Origin: the human T2T-CHM13v2.0 reference genome, Homo sapiens | Reading direction: 5' to 3' (one strand) | DNA: 64,000 nt | Assembly: GCF_009914755.1 (NCBI RefSeq) | Contig: NC_060940.1 | Shown here: positions 1 to 16,197 of the stretch, one piece after another | How the letters are laid out: the number at the start of each line of letters is the position of its first letter | Numbering within the stretch: the stretch's first letter is position 1 | The notes under the pieces: model-generated | Databases searched by the model: none | What the model saw: the letters and a program-made list of their open reading frames with translations, nothing else | What the model was told of the DNA's origin: nothing | Made by a program: the position numbers and the translations under genes

Positions 1-491
1 CACCACAAAATACATTACCTTTTCATGTATGAGTGATAAAAGCAACACATACCAGACATCCAGACTTGAGAATGCTGGGCTAGGGAGCTACTTGTTTTCC
101 AGTGCAATTCTTTATTTCACTTTGTAGTTATGGTAGGCCAGAACGACACTGACTCCAGAGAAGAAGTGGCCAGGTAAAGGGGACCTGGCAGCTCATTGCA
201 GAGAAATATTAATTAATATTAATACTGCAACATGAAAGTGCAATTCATAAATTAGCATTGTTAGAAATGAAGGTTGGAGTCAGAATGGCCAGTGTGTAAA
301 TTCCAGCTCTTTCATCCACTAGTTTCATCACTTTAGGGAGTTTCAGTTTCCCCAACGGTTCAATTGGAACATACTGAGGATTCACTGGGATAAGGCATGC
401 AAAGTACTCAAATGCTAGACAGTGTGACAGTGCTCAGAAAATGTTAGTTCTCTTTCTTATTTCTATTGTTCAGGGCTGATTTATATGGTAA

Positions 492-846
<355 letters not shown>

Positions 847-1157
847 TAGAATTTTAATTAGCAGGGAGATGTATGGGCTATACAGCTGAGGAGGGGATAG
901 ATGAAATTTGTAGCCGGGTAGCATGATAAGTAGAGAGTTAAGGAGATGAGAGGGTAGAGTGAAGTGTGAGGGAGAGGACAAAGTGCAGAATATCTACTGG
1001 GGCCATCTTTTATGGGCTCTCGTATAATTTTCTTTGATGGGAATAGAAAAGCCACACTCAGAAAGATGAGAAAAAAAAAAAGGACCTGCCTTTATCCACC
1101 CTACCTGTATTGAGTAGTTTCAGCTATTTAACCGTCATTCCTCTCTCTCCATTTTAC

Positions 1158-1158
<1 letters not shown>

Positions 1159-1209
<51 letters not shown>
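1159..1209. repeat. (TATC)~12 tetranucleotide microsatellite at the tail of the adjacent Alu
   Basis: perfect tatc run directly abutting the Alu 3' end. Confidence 0.95.
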
Positions 1210-1213
1210 TTAT

Positions 1214-1591
<378 letters not shown>

Positions 1592-2687
1592 TGACTTTTC
1601 TCTGGTTTGCCATTGTTCTCTCTCCTGGATGTGGTTCAGTCCTATCTTCTCCAGCTGCCTTGTGTAACCCCCCAAATGAAGCAGCCCTGGTTTCTGAAAC
1701 CAACCAAGCCTTGACTGGCTTGACTGGGATCTGTTGATGAAATTAAGTCAGCACCTTATAGAGGTGAAACTAAAAAACTTCGTTTTTTTCAGCCAAGGAA
1801 TTTTGAAATGGTCATGGAGCTTTACAGTCAAAACAAATTTTAAGGACCTCAGCTTGTTTCCAGCAGTAATACGTTTGAAAAGGCTTATTAAATTACAAAT
1901 TTGTTTTCGCCTCTTTATCCAAGTATCAATGCAGAAGAGAAACAACCTAATGTAGAGAAAATAAAATGAAATAATTACAAAGTTGCCGAATGTGAAACGA
2001 CTAAGATAAAACCAAGCAGGCCTGTTGGAGATAATGGTTATCTGTTTGCAATAAACATGAAGTGAGAACAATTCATGACTTGCGATAACATTCAACTGAA
2101 AGGAAGTAAATTAGATGTAGACAAGGCCAGGAGAGCATTACAAAAACATCCGGAGCCAGACAGTACAAAGGGAGAGCAGGGGCTGGATTTTATCTTTATC
2201 AGGTAATTGAAATAATGCTTTATATTAACAGGATGAGTTCAAAGTGGAAACTGGAGTCAGGAGGTATGGAGAGCGACAGATAAAATGCAAAGAGCACTGG
2301 AAACTCTGTGGGCTGGGAAATGAAATAATCACTGAAGGCCTAATATGTGTCACGTACTTTTACATATACAACCTCATTTAAGCCTACGGCAAACTTGCAA
2401 ACTGTGATTAGCAGTCAAATTCTTGATGGGGAATGTGAGGGTCAGATACGTAACTCATCTAAGTCTTTATAGCAAGCAGGTGGTGGATTTGGGATAAAAG
2501 CTCAGGTTGGCCTGACTTCAAAATCATGTTCTAAATATGCTACACTATCTCACAACTGCCGAGTTATATTGTACTCTTGAATCACTTTATAAAAGTGATT
2601 ACACAGGCTCCGACAGTTTTAACACTTTCACTAATCAGCTGCCAGAGCATGGATGGGGCAATTACAGAAGTAGCCACTCTAGGTGTT

Positions 2688-2744
<57 letters not shown>
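2688..2744. repeat. compound (CT)n(CA)n microsatellite
   Basis: direct reading. Confidence 0.95.
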
Positions 2745-2746
<2 letters not shown>

Positions 2747-3104
2747 TTAAACTCCGCATCAAGCTGCTAACTTCATATATTTATTTGGGTGTCCCACAAA
2801 CAGGTCAGATTGAACTTACCTAAAAATCACTGCCTTAAGTGTCATATTTTATGTCTTCTATCCATTTTCTCATCAGAAATTTGAGGTTTCCCTTGATCCC
2901 TTTCTCTTTATCAACCCCATGCTCAATGACTCTTCAAGTCTTGTCAATGCTACCTCCAAAATGTCTCCACTTTCCTTCTTCTCTCTATTCATTGTCTGAA
3001 CTTTGGTTCAGACTAACGTCTTCTGCCAAGAATACTATAGCAGCCTCTTACTAGCCTTCTTGTCTTCTGTTTCCTTCTCCCCAAATCTACTTTCCCTATT
3101 GTAG

Positions 3105-3384
<280 letters not shown>

Positions 3385-3663
3385 ATAATAAGTCTTTAAA
3401 AAAACTATCTTTGCATGGGATTTTACCTCTTTCCTACCTCTACTTTATGAGCAAGTGAAAAAAAATTGCATTATTTATAGTGTCATTGTGTTTTCATAGT
3501 CATCCTACTGTTTGAACATGCTGTTCCTTCTTTGTGAAATACCTTTCTGCCTTTCTTTTTCTTTTTATTTCTTTCCAGACTAGTTAGCTCTTACTTGTCC
3601 TTTAGAAGCAGTGTAGATATCTCTTCCTTTACAAATACTTTTTTTTTGTATTTCTGCTCTGAA

Positions 3664-4876
3664 TTTTTCTTTTTTTTATTATTATTATACTTTAAGTTTT
3701 AGGGTACATGTGCACAACGTGCAGGTTTGTTACATATTTATACATGTGCCATGTTGGTGTGCTACACCCATTAACTTGTCATTTGGCATTAGGTATATCT
3801 CCTAATGCTATCCCTCCCCCCTCCCTCCATCCCACAACGGTCCCCGGTGTGTGATGTTCCCCTTCCTGTGTCCATGTGTTCTCATTGTTCAATTCCCACC
3901 TGTGGGTGAGAGCGTGTGGTGTTTGGTTTTTTTGTCCTTGCGATAGTTTGCTGAGAATGATAGTTTCCAGCTTCATCCGTGTCCCTACAAAGGACATGAA
4001 CTCATCATTTTTTATGGCTGCATAGTATTCCGTGGTGTATATGTGCCACATTTTCTTAATCCAGTCTATCATTGTTGGACATCTGGGTTGGTTCCAAGTC
4101 TTTGCTATTGTGAATAGTGCCGCAATAAACATACCTGTGCATGTGTCTTTATAGCAGCATGATTTATAATCCTTTGGGTATATACCCAGTAATGGGATGG
4201 CTGGGTCAAATGGTATTTCTAGTTCTAGATCCCTGAGGAATCGCCACACCGACTTCCACAATGGTTGAACTAGTTTCCAGTCCCACCAACAGTGTAAAAG
4301 TGTTCCTGTTTCTCCACATCCTCTCCAGCACCTATTGTTTCCTGACTTTTTAATGATTGCCATTCTAACGGGGGTGAGATGGTATCTCATTGTGGTTTTG
4401 ATTTGCATTTCTCTGATGGCCAGTGATGATGAGCATTTTTTCATGTGATTTTTGGCTGCATAAATGTCTTCTTTTGAGAAGTGTCTGTTCATATCCTTCA
4501 CCACTTTTTGATGGGGTTGTTTTTTTCTTGTAAATTTGTTTGAGTTCATTGTAGATTCTGGATATTAGCCCTTTGTTAGATGAGTGGTTGGAAAAATTTT
4601 CTCCCATTCTGTAGGTTTCCTGTTCACTCTGATGGTAGTTTCTTTTGCTGTGCAGAAGCTCTTCAGTTGAATTAGATCCCATTTGTCAATTTTGGCTTTT
4701 GTTGCCATTGATTTTGGTGTTTTAGACATGAAGTCGTTGCCCATGCCTATGTCCTGAATGGTATTGCCTAGGTTTTCTTCTAGCGTTTTTATGGTTTTAG
4801 GTCTAACATTTAAGTCTTTAATCCATCTTGAATTAATTTTTGTATAAGATGTAAGGAAGGGATCCAGTTTCAGCTT
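3664..4876 (-). mobile_element. L1PA (primate LINE-1) 3' end, 5'-truncated; ORF2 C-terminal remnant and 3'UTR
   Basis: ttattatactttaagttttagggtacatgtgcac L1PA terminus; ORF 3779..4549 encodes ORF2p C-terminus ([36 protein letters not shown]); frameshifted. Confidence 0.97.
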
Positions 4877-5094
4877 TATGTTTTTAACTCTCCAAAGATT
4901 CAGCTAGGAATACCTCATATGGCCTTCATAATGTTTACCCATCATAGCTGTTATTACTTTGCATTCTAATAGATACATTTCTGTTTTCCCAAATTGTAAT
5001 CTTCTTGTGAACAAAGACCATGTCTTACTAATCAGTGATGATTCTGGTGCCTGAAACATAATAGATGCCTAATAAACATTTTTGGTTGGGTGTT

Positions 5095-5430
5095 GTCACA
5101 GATGGAGAATGATGTGCAAGGCAGTTATCAGGGAGCCCTCCTGAAGTGGGGATTGTGCAGAAGAAGAAGTTGAGCCTTGGAACAGCCTTGTGAAAGCTTC
5201 AGCTGACCTATGGGGATCTCTGAAGCTTAGCTAATCCTTCAAAGTGATCTCACATGGGGCAAAGAGACCAGACATTTATCACTTGTGTTGATTAGTAATT
5301 GGCCTTGAATGTGACCTTGAGTGAGGGTGCTCTTTCCCACCAGGGCACTCTCCAAAGGGAGCTAATGGCTGAGGACTGCCTACCATTAGCATGTCCACCA
5401 GCTGGGGAATGAATTTTTCATTTCTGAGGG
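5095..5430. mobile_element. old MLT1-type MaLR LTR fragment
   Basis: degenerate MLT1-like motifs; family uncertain. Confidence 0.4.
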
Positions 5431-6108
5431 TGTATGTTTTTGAGTATTTATAATCTTTGTTTTAATATAACTTATTTAATTGTGACTTTATATGCTTCAA
5501 ATTTTAATCACAGTTGTGTTTAACAGTCTGCTCCCCAAATTCCTGAAAATTTAACAATTGGCTCTTGCAAGTTAGTAATGAACCAGCTCCAGCACACAAG
5601 GGAACACGTCTGTCAAATTACATTTGTACTCCAACCAGTTCTATTTCATTTATGACCCATAGGTTTCTTAATTTAGCAAGAAAATCACTCTGACAATGAT
5701 AATGTATTAGATCAAAATCTCTATTTGCAGTACTACTGCAAAAAAAAACCTTCTTCTTTAATACTGAACTTATACATTTACTATAAAATATCATCTTTCA
5801 CCCCCAAAGAATGATTTGAGTCCATCGTGGGTGTCACTCAGCAAGCACTCACCCCAGTCCACCCACTCCAGGCTTGGCTAAAATAAAGAATGTAGTTGTG
5901 GAAGCTACAGTAATATTCCTTCAGGGAGCTCTTGAGGAGTCATGCTTATGTGTTTTCTGGTGAAGAAATAATTGAGGAAATGGTTTCAACTCTTCTAAAA
6001 TTGGCTATCCTCTTCATACTTTCTGCAACTCCTAGTATAGGGTCTCCTTAACAAGACATTCAGACACACAAGACCTGAATAGGTAACACCTGGTACCAGT
6101 TTAATCAG

Positions 6109-6687
<579 letters not shown>

Positions 6688-7458
6688 GACTCATATTAGA
6701 CAGGTGCAGTAGTTGCCCTGGCATAGAAATATTATGCCACATAGAGACCAATATCTCTTGTAATAGGCCTAGGTATAGCTTCTAGATCCCCACAGGGATA
6801 TGACCTGTTATGAGCCTCCATATTCAGGGAATCCTAGAGCCATGGCTTCCCACCAGGCATTTATGCTTCATTCACACTTTTCCAGGTCAGGTGCAATTTC
6901 TCCACCATGGGCCTTTCTATCCATAAATAATGTTGCCTAGCAATACAGGTGAGATCCTACCTTTATCAAGTTTTCAGGGTAAAGAGCAAGAAAGTTAACC
7001 TAAGCTCAGATTTGTCTTTAGAGAAGGAGAAAGGGTTTGTTCACCCTTCCCAAGCCCCATCTGAACTTCATAGTATCACAGAGTACAGTCAGAATACCAA
7101 TTGATATGAATGTCAGGGTAGATAAGCCTCTAGTAAGTTGTTTTCTGCCTGGTTCACCTCTTCTTTTCATGGTTCTGAATATGAAGGAAATTCATTAATC
7201 TTTCTCACCCTGGCGACTAGTATAGTGCCTTTAACTCAGTAGAAAAATTCATTCAGTTAACAAAAAAATTAAATTGAGAAAAATCAGAAGAAACACTCCT
7301 GTATTTCCACTACTAGACATAACAATGGTGAATATTTCAGTAAATATCTTTCTAGTCTTTGTTATATGCACTGCTATATGTTATATGCGCTTTGTTATAC
7401 TGCACTGCAAATTTCTTGCCTTTTTTATAGAGGGACTTTTTTAAGAATAAGAAGATTA

Positions 7459-7812
<354 letters not shown>

Positions 7813-9128
7813 CTAAATGTAACCCATTTCTAAACACAATCATGTTTGGAGATGCTTGGATGATGGGCATAACATTTATTGAAGGTACACCACTGCTGGA
7901 CTATGTAGTAATAGGTACATGAGGAGGGAAAGAAAAAAAGTTTTATTCTGCCTTCAAAGCAACTAAATGTCCTCCATGGGGAAAGAAATTTCCAATTCAT
8001 ATTTTATTTCCCATAACGTGACTGTCTAATGTTGTCTTAAGCTTGTTCTGTTTAGTTGGGATTATGCTTTGAAAGGACCAGGAGAAAGAAAGACCCATTT
8101 AACAAGTTTCTGCCAATAAGCCAGTTTCTGAAAAATAAATGGTTAAATAATCCCAGAAGATTATCCGGTCTTGGTAAAATAATTTTAACACAATATCCAG
8201 CTCATCAATTGGGATGGAAGCACATCAGCTGGTGAGGAGTGAACATTAGTGACTTGATTGTCATGAAAACATTTCTTCCAGACCAGGAAAAAGACAGTCA
8301 TGGGGAAACATGCCATGTGGAAAAATAACCCATTTCTTCGTGATCTATTCTCTCTGTTGGTCACAGGTTGACATTTTACTGGCCCTGGGAGTGGAGAGAA
8401 ATGCAGGCTTCCTAGTCACACAGAGAAAAGAAATGTTTTCCTCTGTGCAAAGAGAGACCCAAGAGACACGGTTTGAACAAGAAGTGTGCAGATAAAAGTT
8501 GGAAAGCCAAGGTCATGAATTTATTTTATTTTTAGTCTTTTTTACTTTTTTAAAAAAATGATTCCTTGCAAGTTGTTAAAAAGGCTCATTCTCTGTCACC
8601 CACAGATACAAAGTGGGGAGGGCTATTGTTGATATGAAACCTTGACTAGCATTTGAAGTGCTGATTCAAGACACAGCACAGCATGTCTTGCCCAGAAATG
8701 AAGTCTGTGATTTGTTTAACCCCATTAGAAAAAGTCAGAATCAAGAAATGATGGAGAAGACGATCAGTATTATAGGGAATCCTTAAACTGGACAGAAGTG
8801 TGAAAATTACTTTTAAAACTTAGTCTAACTTGATTATTATATTGTTTATAAGTGTTTACCATTCTTGCCAATATCTCTCTGTATTTGTCCCAATTAATCT
8901 GAATTTACATAATCTTAATAATCAAAATAATTTTAAAAAGATAGTTATATATCCCCACCTATGCATCCTTCTTCTGAATGCATCCTAGCTATTTGTTTAT
9001 ATTTGCAACTCGCTTTTCTAAATTGAGAGGTCTTTAATGCTTTGGATGGTACCTTGTTCATCTTTGTAAACAATACTAGCATGATGCTCAGTTGGCAAGT
9101 GTTTGATTTATAGTCACTTTTTAAAAAA

Positions 9129-9426
9129 TTTTTTGAGACAGAGTCTCACTCTGTCACCCAGGCTGGAGTGCAGTAGCGCAGTCTCGGCTCACTGCAAGCT
9201 CCGCCTCCTGGGTTCACGCCATTCTCCTGCCTCAGCCTCCTGAGTAGCTGGGACTACAGGCATCCACCACCATGCCCGGCTAATTTTTTTTTTTTTTTTT
9301 GTATTTTTAGTATAGACGGGATTTCACCGTGTTGGGCAGGATGGTCTCGATCTCCTGACCTCACGATCCACCCGCCTCGGCCTCCCAAAGTGCTGGGATT
9401 ACAGGCGTGAGCCACCGCACCCAACC
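9129..9426 (-). mobile_element. AluY/Sc-type SINE
   Basis: full dimer; TSD tttatagtcactt at ~9107 and ~9429. Confidence 0.92.
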
Positions 9427-9513
9427 TGTTTATAGTCACTTCTGTGTACAAGACTCTGGTATATGTTGGTAAACAATGCATGTTCAAAGTGTAGCTGGTC
9501 AAATGACAGAACG

Positions 9514-9581
9514 GAGGATGAATGGATGGATGGATTGATAGATGGGTGGATGGATGGATTGATAGATGGGTAGATGGATGG
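9514..9581. repeat. imperfect (GGAT)n / (TAGA) microsatellite with 24 bp higher-order unit
   Basis: gatggatggattgatagatgggt repeated. Confidence 0.85.
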
Positions 9582-10282
9582 TTGGCCATATCTGGATTTT
9601 CTTGGTTTTCTGTGTTTTGGAGAGCTAATTACTTATTTCACAAAAGCAAAATCCATCACACAGTTATTTCCCTGGTAGCAGCTTTGCAAACTGAAGAAAA
9701 TAATTAAGATGAGACTTCAGTAGGAATTACTTGGTAAATCATCATAGGGTGGGAAAGTCTTACCTCTGTTCCTATTCTTGGTTTTTTCATTTGAAGTCAT
9801 TGTAAGTTAAATGAAATCGATCGATCTATTCATTCTATAGAAAGACTCTATAATAGTTTAATCAGTATACATTTCTATTTATGTACAAAGACTCTACTCA
9901 CTACACAAAACTTACTTGTCTTACTGACAGTCAAGTGACAATAATTCAAAGTACCTTTAGTGGCAGAGGTTGCTTTCTCTGACCATTATATTCCCCAGTC
10001 TTTTCCACTATTACACTGACCTAGTTTATAATCTCCTCAGAACATAAATCTTTTACTTTGCATCATTTATCTGCCTTTTCACACAACCAAAACCACTTCA
10101 TCTCAACACATCCTCATCCCTTTGTTTATTCATGACTCCGGCTCTGCCAAACCTCAGTTTTTGTCTGATTCGTTCAGTTCTTTTTCCAAGTTGAAAAACA
10201 TTTCTTCGATATGTATATCAATACTGTTCTTTGAATAGTTCTTATGTATCTGGAAACTGTGCATCAGAGACAGGATTTCATG

Positions 10283-10606
10283 TATTTATTTATTTATTTG
10301 TTTTTCAGACAGGGTCTCGCTCTGTCAGACAGGGTCTCGCTCTGTCACCCAGGCTGTAATGCAGTGGTGTGACCGTGGCTCACTGCAACCTCTGCCTCCG
10401 GGCTCAAACGATCCTCCCACCTCAGCCTCCAGAGTAGCTGGGACTACAGGCATGCGCCACCACACCCAGCTAATTTTTGTATTTTTTGTAGAGATGGGGC
10501 TTCGCCATGTTGCCCAGGCTGGTCTTGAACTCCTGGGCTCAAGTGATCCACCCACCTCAGCCTCCCGAAGTGCTGGGATTACAGCCATGAGCCACTGCAC
10601 TAGGCC
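10283..10606 (-). mobile_element. AluJ-type SINE with a 20 bp internal tandem duplication near its tail
   Basis: J motifs; cagacagggtctcgctctgt twice at 10306 and 10326. Confidence 0.9.
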
Positions 10607-11984
10607 TAGAGATAGAGAGTTTTATATGATTTGAGCCTTTCTCTCCTCAAGAGGCTCACAGTCAAATGCAGAGATCGTAATCTGGGGGTAAATGAATCCT
10701 TGAAAGCATATGAAAATATTAGATAGTTGAGCACCTATTATTTTCTGGACAAAAGGTCCATATGTTTTTAAAAAAATGTCTAGTGAATAATATAGACTAG
10801 AAAACAATCAAATTTTCATATAATAAATGCTATTTTTGAAAGAGGTAAGAATAGGAAGCCAGTGAGGAGTGCCTTGGTAGAATCAGAAAAGGCAAATGCT
10901 CGGGACTATGCCAGAATTTTCACCAGAATTCACCTGCAAGCAGGTCCCAGCTGGGGCCTCAGTGCCTCTCAGTAATCCTGTTTCTCCACTGATCCTTGGT
11001 CACACTGCTCCTAGGTTTCTGCTCAAACCTTCTCAACGTGTTCTTCTCAAACCATATCTTCCAAACTATTGTTACTTCTCATTCACCTTCTTTAAAATGT
11101 TATCACCAGCTTCAGATATTTCGTTGAAAAATTAAAAGGACATGTTTTTCAGAGTCTTGTATGTTCTTAAAAGTAAGTAAACCTGGAACTAATATCATCC
11201 GCAAAGTATTTTAGGTAGGAATGTGTAATTCTAAAGGGGGAAAATCCTGCAAAATAAGCAAGTAAACTTCTGGGACAAAAGAGGAAACATTGTGTACAGA
11301 AGAATATTTTGTTTAACTTGTATGCTTTCATTTCTACTATGTTGAATTTCTGCTTCATTATCTCTAGGGAGTCTACAACCTGCTGAAAATGAATGTTTTT
11401 GAGTGTGGGAGGGTGGGTATGGAATTTTAGAAGCTAACAAATCTGTTACCTTATGTAATCTTCACACTTCTTTAAGAGGGCCTCGATTATGAACCTTGTG
11501 CAAAGTCATGCCGCTAACAAATTGTAAACTAAGGTTGGAACCCAGGTCTTGCTTGATGGTGTTGCCTATGTTCTCCCTACATCAAATTCTTTTAAGACAT
11601 TGGAGAAATTACCATACCTCCCAATTGGAGCCCCAACTCTAAGGCTTATTTTCAGGTTGTTAATGTGGGAATGTGATCCCAGAGGGAAGGAGTGAAGGAC
11701 CCAGGTAGTGGAACAGGAAATGAGCAGTCGATATAAGAATGTGTAACCATTTGACCAAGGATATGGATGTCTGGTTTGATGGGATCTTCTGAAAATCTTA
11801 ATGAGTGCCTCAAAACTCAGCACTGTCTGAGGTAGTGGGGAGTAGGGAGGACCATTCACCCATAAGCTCATATCCCCCACTGATCCAGTTCAAAGGTTTC
11901 CCCACAGGCCTTTAGTTCATGCGTTCCAGGTTGCTCCCACACAAGGGTCAAGCACTGCATCAGAGATCCTTGGAAAAGGATGAG

Positions 11985-12361
11985 TGTATTAGTCCATTCT
12001 TATGCTGCTAATAAAGACATACCCAAGACTGGGTCATTTATAAAGGAAAGAGGTTTGGTTTAATTGCTCACCATGGCTGGGGAGGCCTCAGGAAACTTAC
12101 AATCATGGTGGAAGGGGAAGCAAACACGTCCTTCTTAACATGGTGGCAACAAGAAGTGACCAGTGAAGGGTGGGGGGATGCCCCTTATAAAAACATCAGA
12201 TCTTGTGAGAACTCACTCACTATCATGAGAACATCAGCATGGGGGTAAGAACCACCCCATGATTCAATTACATCCCACTGGGTCCCTCCCATGATGAATG
12301 GGGATTATGGGAACTACAATTCAAGATGAGATTTGGGTGGGGGCACAGCCAAACCATGTCA
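11985..12361 (-). mobile_element. THE1 (C/D-like) MaLR solo LTR
   Basis: tgtattagtccattc...aaagacatacccaagactgggt...gagatttgggtgggggcacagccaaaccatgtca; 5 bp TSD atgag/atgaa. Confidence 0.9.
12260..12270 (-). promoter_or_regulatory. DUX4-type double-homeobox motif TAATTGAATCA within the THE1 LTR
   Basis: tgattcaatta on + strand; matches TAAYYBAATCA. Confidence 0.55.
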
Positions 12362-13543
12362 ATGAAAAATGTGCTGTCGGGTTGTACCTGCATGAATCTG
12401 CTTGCAGTGTTACTGATTGGAAAAAGAGTTGAAGTGGGTATGATCTGAAGCAATGCATAAGAGATGTTCCATACAGAGATAAAATAAATAATAATAATAA
12501 TAATAATGATAGCAAGCTTCTGTGCATCATAGGATCAGTGAGTGGAATTCAAGGAGTCCTTTTGTGTGGATTAAAGTGGGCCATCTTCATGCATGCGCTA
12601 AGTGTCTGGGCACTCTGCTGAGGTATGTTAGACATTGACTCTCTGCAATCCAGTTCTTACTCAGTCTGTGCAGTTGTAGGGCTATATCCTCCAAGGGGCT
12701 CTGCAGTTTAGAAAACACTTATACTCTGTGGCCTGAGTGACAGCTGAGTCTTTGAACGTCCATTATGAAATCTTTGTCATTGGAGTCTTAGCTCTTTCCC
12801 TGTACACATCCTGCATTTTTCCCTTTTGTGGAAGGCAATGGGTAAATGAAATCTAATAAACTCTAATATGCTGAACCCTAAGTAAAGCTTCTCTGTTTGA
12901 AGCAGGTAATTTCTTAGAGAATTGATTGCTGCAGAATAGAAAGTAGAGGATATGGAGACCGTTATCTTTTGGATACCATTGATACATCATAAAAATCCAC
13001 TGAGAATCAATTGAACAGCTAGAAAATCCTTGCCTTGGGGCTTGAGTTAAGGATTCTGACAACTGGAGCTTTTACAACATATAAAACCAATTCCAAAATG
13101 TGAGCTCCATGAAGGCAGTGACATTGTTATGTTCACTTGTGTATTTCTAGAAATTCTAAGAGTCTGTGGCACATGCTAGGTCTCAGTATTTGTTGAATGA
13201 ATGCATGACTGCTATATTCAAGGTGCTATTCTACTATTGGTAAGTTTGGAAAAGCTACTTGTGATTCATCTATACTTTTAGTTCCTTGGTCACCATCGTT
13301 ATTTGTGAAATAGATGGCCATGATTAGAAGGCCAGTCAACTAACCTTAAATAAAGCAGTACTAACTGGCTTTGGGAACTCAAATCCATGACCTTAGTCTA
13401 TTGAAAAGTATCTTCTAATGAGACTTAATCAAATACAGACATCAAAATGAACTGGGAGGGAACTGGATCCATAAAACGCGGAGTTTGGAAAAAACAGACA
13501 TATGTGGAGAGGACAAATCTGTGAGGTTCTGTGAGGAAAAATT

Positions 13544-13810
13544 ATTTTTTTCTAGCTTTATTGAGACAAATAAAAATCGTATATATTCAAGATGTACAAC
13601 ATGATGATTTGATATATATGCACATTATATAATAGTTATAATGAAATTAATTAACATATCCTATACACATAGTTGTCGTTTATGATATGTGTGTATGTGT
13701 GTGGGAGTGAGGACACTTCAGATCTGTTCTCTTAGAAAATTTCAAGTATGCAATACAGTATTATTAACTATAGTCACCATGCTGTACCTTAGATCCTCAG
13801 GACGTATTTA
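13544..13810 (-). mobile_element. L1MA-type 3' end fragment
   Basis: tttattgagac...gtacaacatgatg...attaactatagtcaccatgctgtac. Confidence 0.75.
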
Positions 13811-14803
13811 AAAATGTAGATGTATTTAGTGCAGATACAATGCTGGAATTTTTTGATGCCTATATAAAGGAAATAAGTGAATAAGTAAAACCGTTTATTT
13901 AAACCATGGTAAGGAACTGGAAGTTCTAGAAAGCACATTTAGTAGAAAGCTCTGGTCTTATGACACTAAAAGTGCTCTTGTAGCTATCAACAAATATTAC
14001 TTTCTTGCTTATTAAATGCTTAATTATTTTCTTGCTTATAACTTTCACATTGTATGTTGCCACATAGGAAATGTATTCCGTATTGATGTTAACAACAATA
14101 TAGTTCGATATACTGACAATATTTGAATTCCCACCAAGCTTCTGGTTTTCTAGAGAGAATGGTTTATCCAATGAGGATGGCAAATGGCAATTTCTGGCAG
14201 CAATGCTAGTGATAGTAGATTTACTGGAACACAGCTTGGAAGTATTTTTCATATCCAAAAAGGAAAATTGTCTTTGTATATTATGAAGTCCATAATGACC
14301 AATTTGTAATTGGAAATCCTTGCCACCGAACAAGCTTATGTTGTAGCATATTGGGGGAGAAAATTATTTCTACAGTGGTATGTTTTAGCAACAAAATGGT
14401 TCATGCAAGATCTAGCAAAAGCGGTTTATATTCCTGATGAAGTCCCTTGTGGAATCATACTTATTCTTTCATTTTACATTATACCAACACTGTTTTAAAA
14501 AATACAATTTATTTTTCAATTATAAAAGTAATACTTGCTCATTATAGAGAAGTAAGTGTAAAACATAATCTCAAACACCTAGGGACAATCACTGCTTTCA
14601 TATTTTTAAACTTTAATTTGTTTTGATTATACAAGTTAAACATGTTTAGGGAAGAAATTTAGAAAATTCAGACATGCAAAACATAAAAAAAATGAAATCA
14701 CTTGCAAGTTCACCACTAAGAGATGACTACTTCTAACATGTTGGTCTCAATTCCTATCTAGCTTATACATACACGTATTTAAGATAAGCATTTTAATTTT
14801 TAA

Positions 14804-15150
<347 letters not shown>

Positions 15151-15879
15151 TGGGTTATAATTTTTATTATCACTTAACATTTCATTTTTCATATTCCTAG
15201 GCCAATAACATGTTTTTATAATACCACTTTTACTGAATATATAGAATTCCATTATACTACAATTTATTTTACTAATCTTCTATTATTGGCATTTTATAGA
15301 CAAACCTTCTAAACTAAATCTTTACACCTACACCTAAAATTAGTTATAATTTTTGGATTAATGTTTAGAAATGAAATTTCTGTGAAGGAAACATAATTTT
15401 CATTTTCACTGAGAGCATATGAATTTTCATATACACTGTATATCAGCATGCTTGGGCATTGCATATAAGTGTATAAATATTTGTTAATGTTCTGGTCAAA
15501 AAAGGCAGTCTTATGATGTTACAGTTTGATGACTTATAAAGTCTGGTGCTTGTAAAGAGAGAATTATTGAGCATTTGAGAGATATATTATTGCGCATATA
15601 ATTATTGAGCATTTGAGAGATATATCCAATGGCCAGATAACATTATAAGACTGGAAAGAACTGATGTTCACTTACATTGCTTCATGGAATGAGGGTTTTG
15701 TGAGGAAGCTTATGTTAACTGCACCTCTAGAGTAATAAAGCCAGACGCCAAAGAGTCTGGTACTGAATTGGAGAGAGGAAAGTTTTTCAAGATGAAGTAC
15801 AACTCTGGTTATCAGATCTTCTCATCTTCTCCCTTCAGTAAGAAGTTTTTTAGTTAATTCTTTTTCTCCCTTTAGTTTT

Positions 15880-15990
15880 AATTTTCTTTAGAGATGGTGT
15901 TTCACTGTATTGCCCAGGCTGGGTTTGAACTCCTGGGTTCAAGTGATCCTCCTATCTCAGCCTCTCAAGTAGCTGGGACTACAGGTTTTA
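15880..15990 (-). mobile_element. FLAM/Alu monomer
   Basis: agagatggtgtttcactgtattgcccaggctgg...gtagctgggactacagg. Confidence 0.75.
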
Positions 15991-16074
15991 CCAATTCTTC
16001 AACACTTTTCTGTTCTGGTGCCCCACAGGCTATTTCTTATTGCTTTCTGCCCTTTTTTAAAAATTAAAAAAGTG

Positions 16075-16197
16075 TTTTTTATAGATGGAAGTCTTGTTAT
16101 GTTGCCCAGGCTCGACTCAAACTCCTGGGCTGAAGCAATCTTCCCGCCACAGCCTCCAAAGTAGCTGGAGCTACCAGTGTGTGCCACCACACCCGTC
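16075..16197 (-). mobile_element. FLAM/Alu monomer
   Basis: agatggaagtcttgttatgttgcccaggct...gccaccacacc. Confidence 0.72.
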
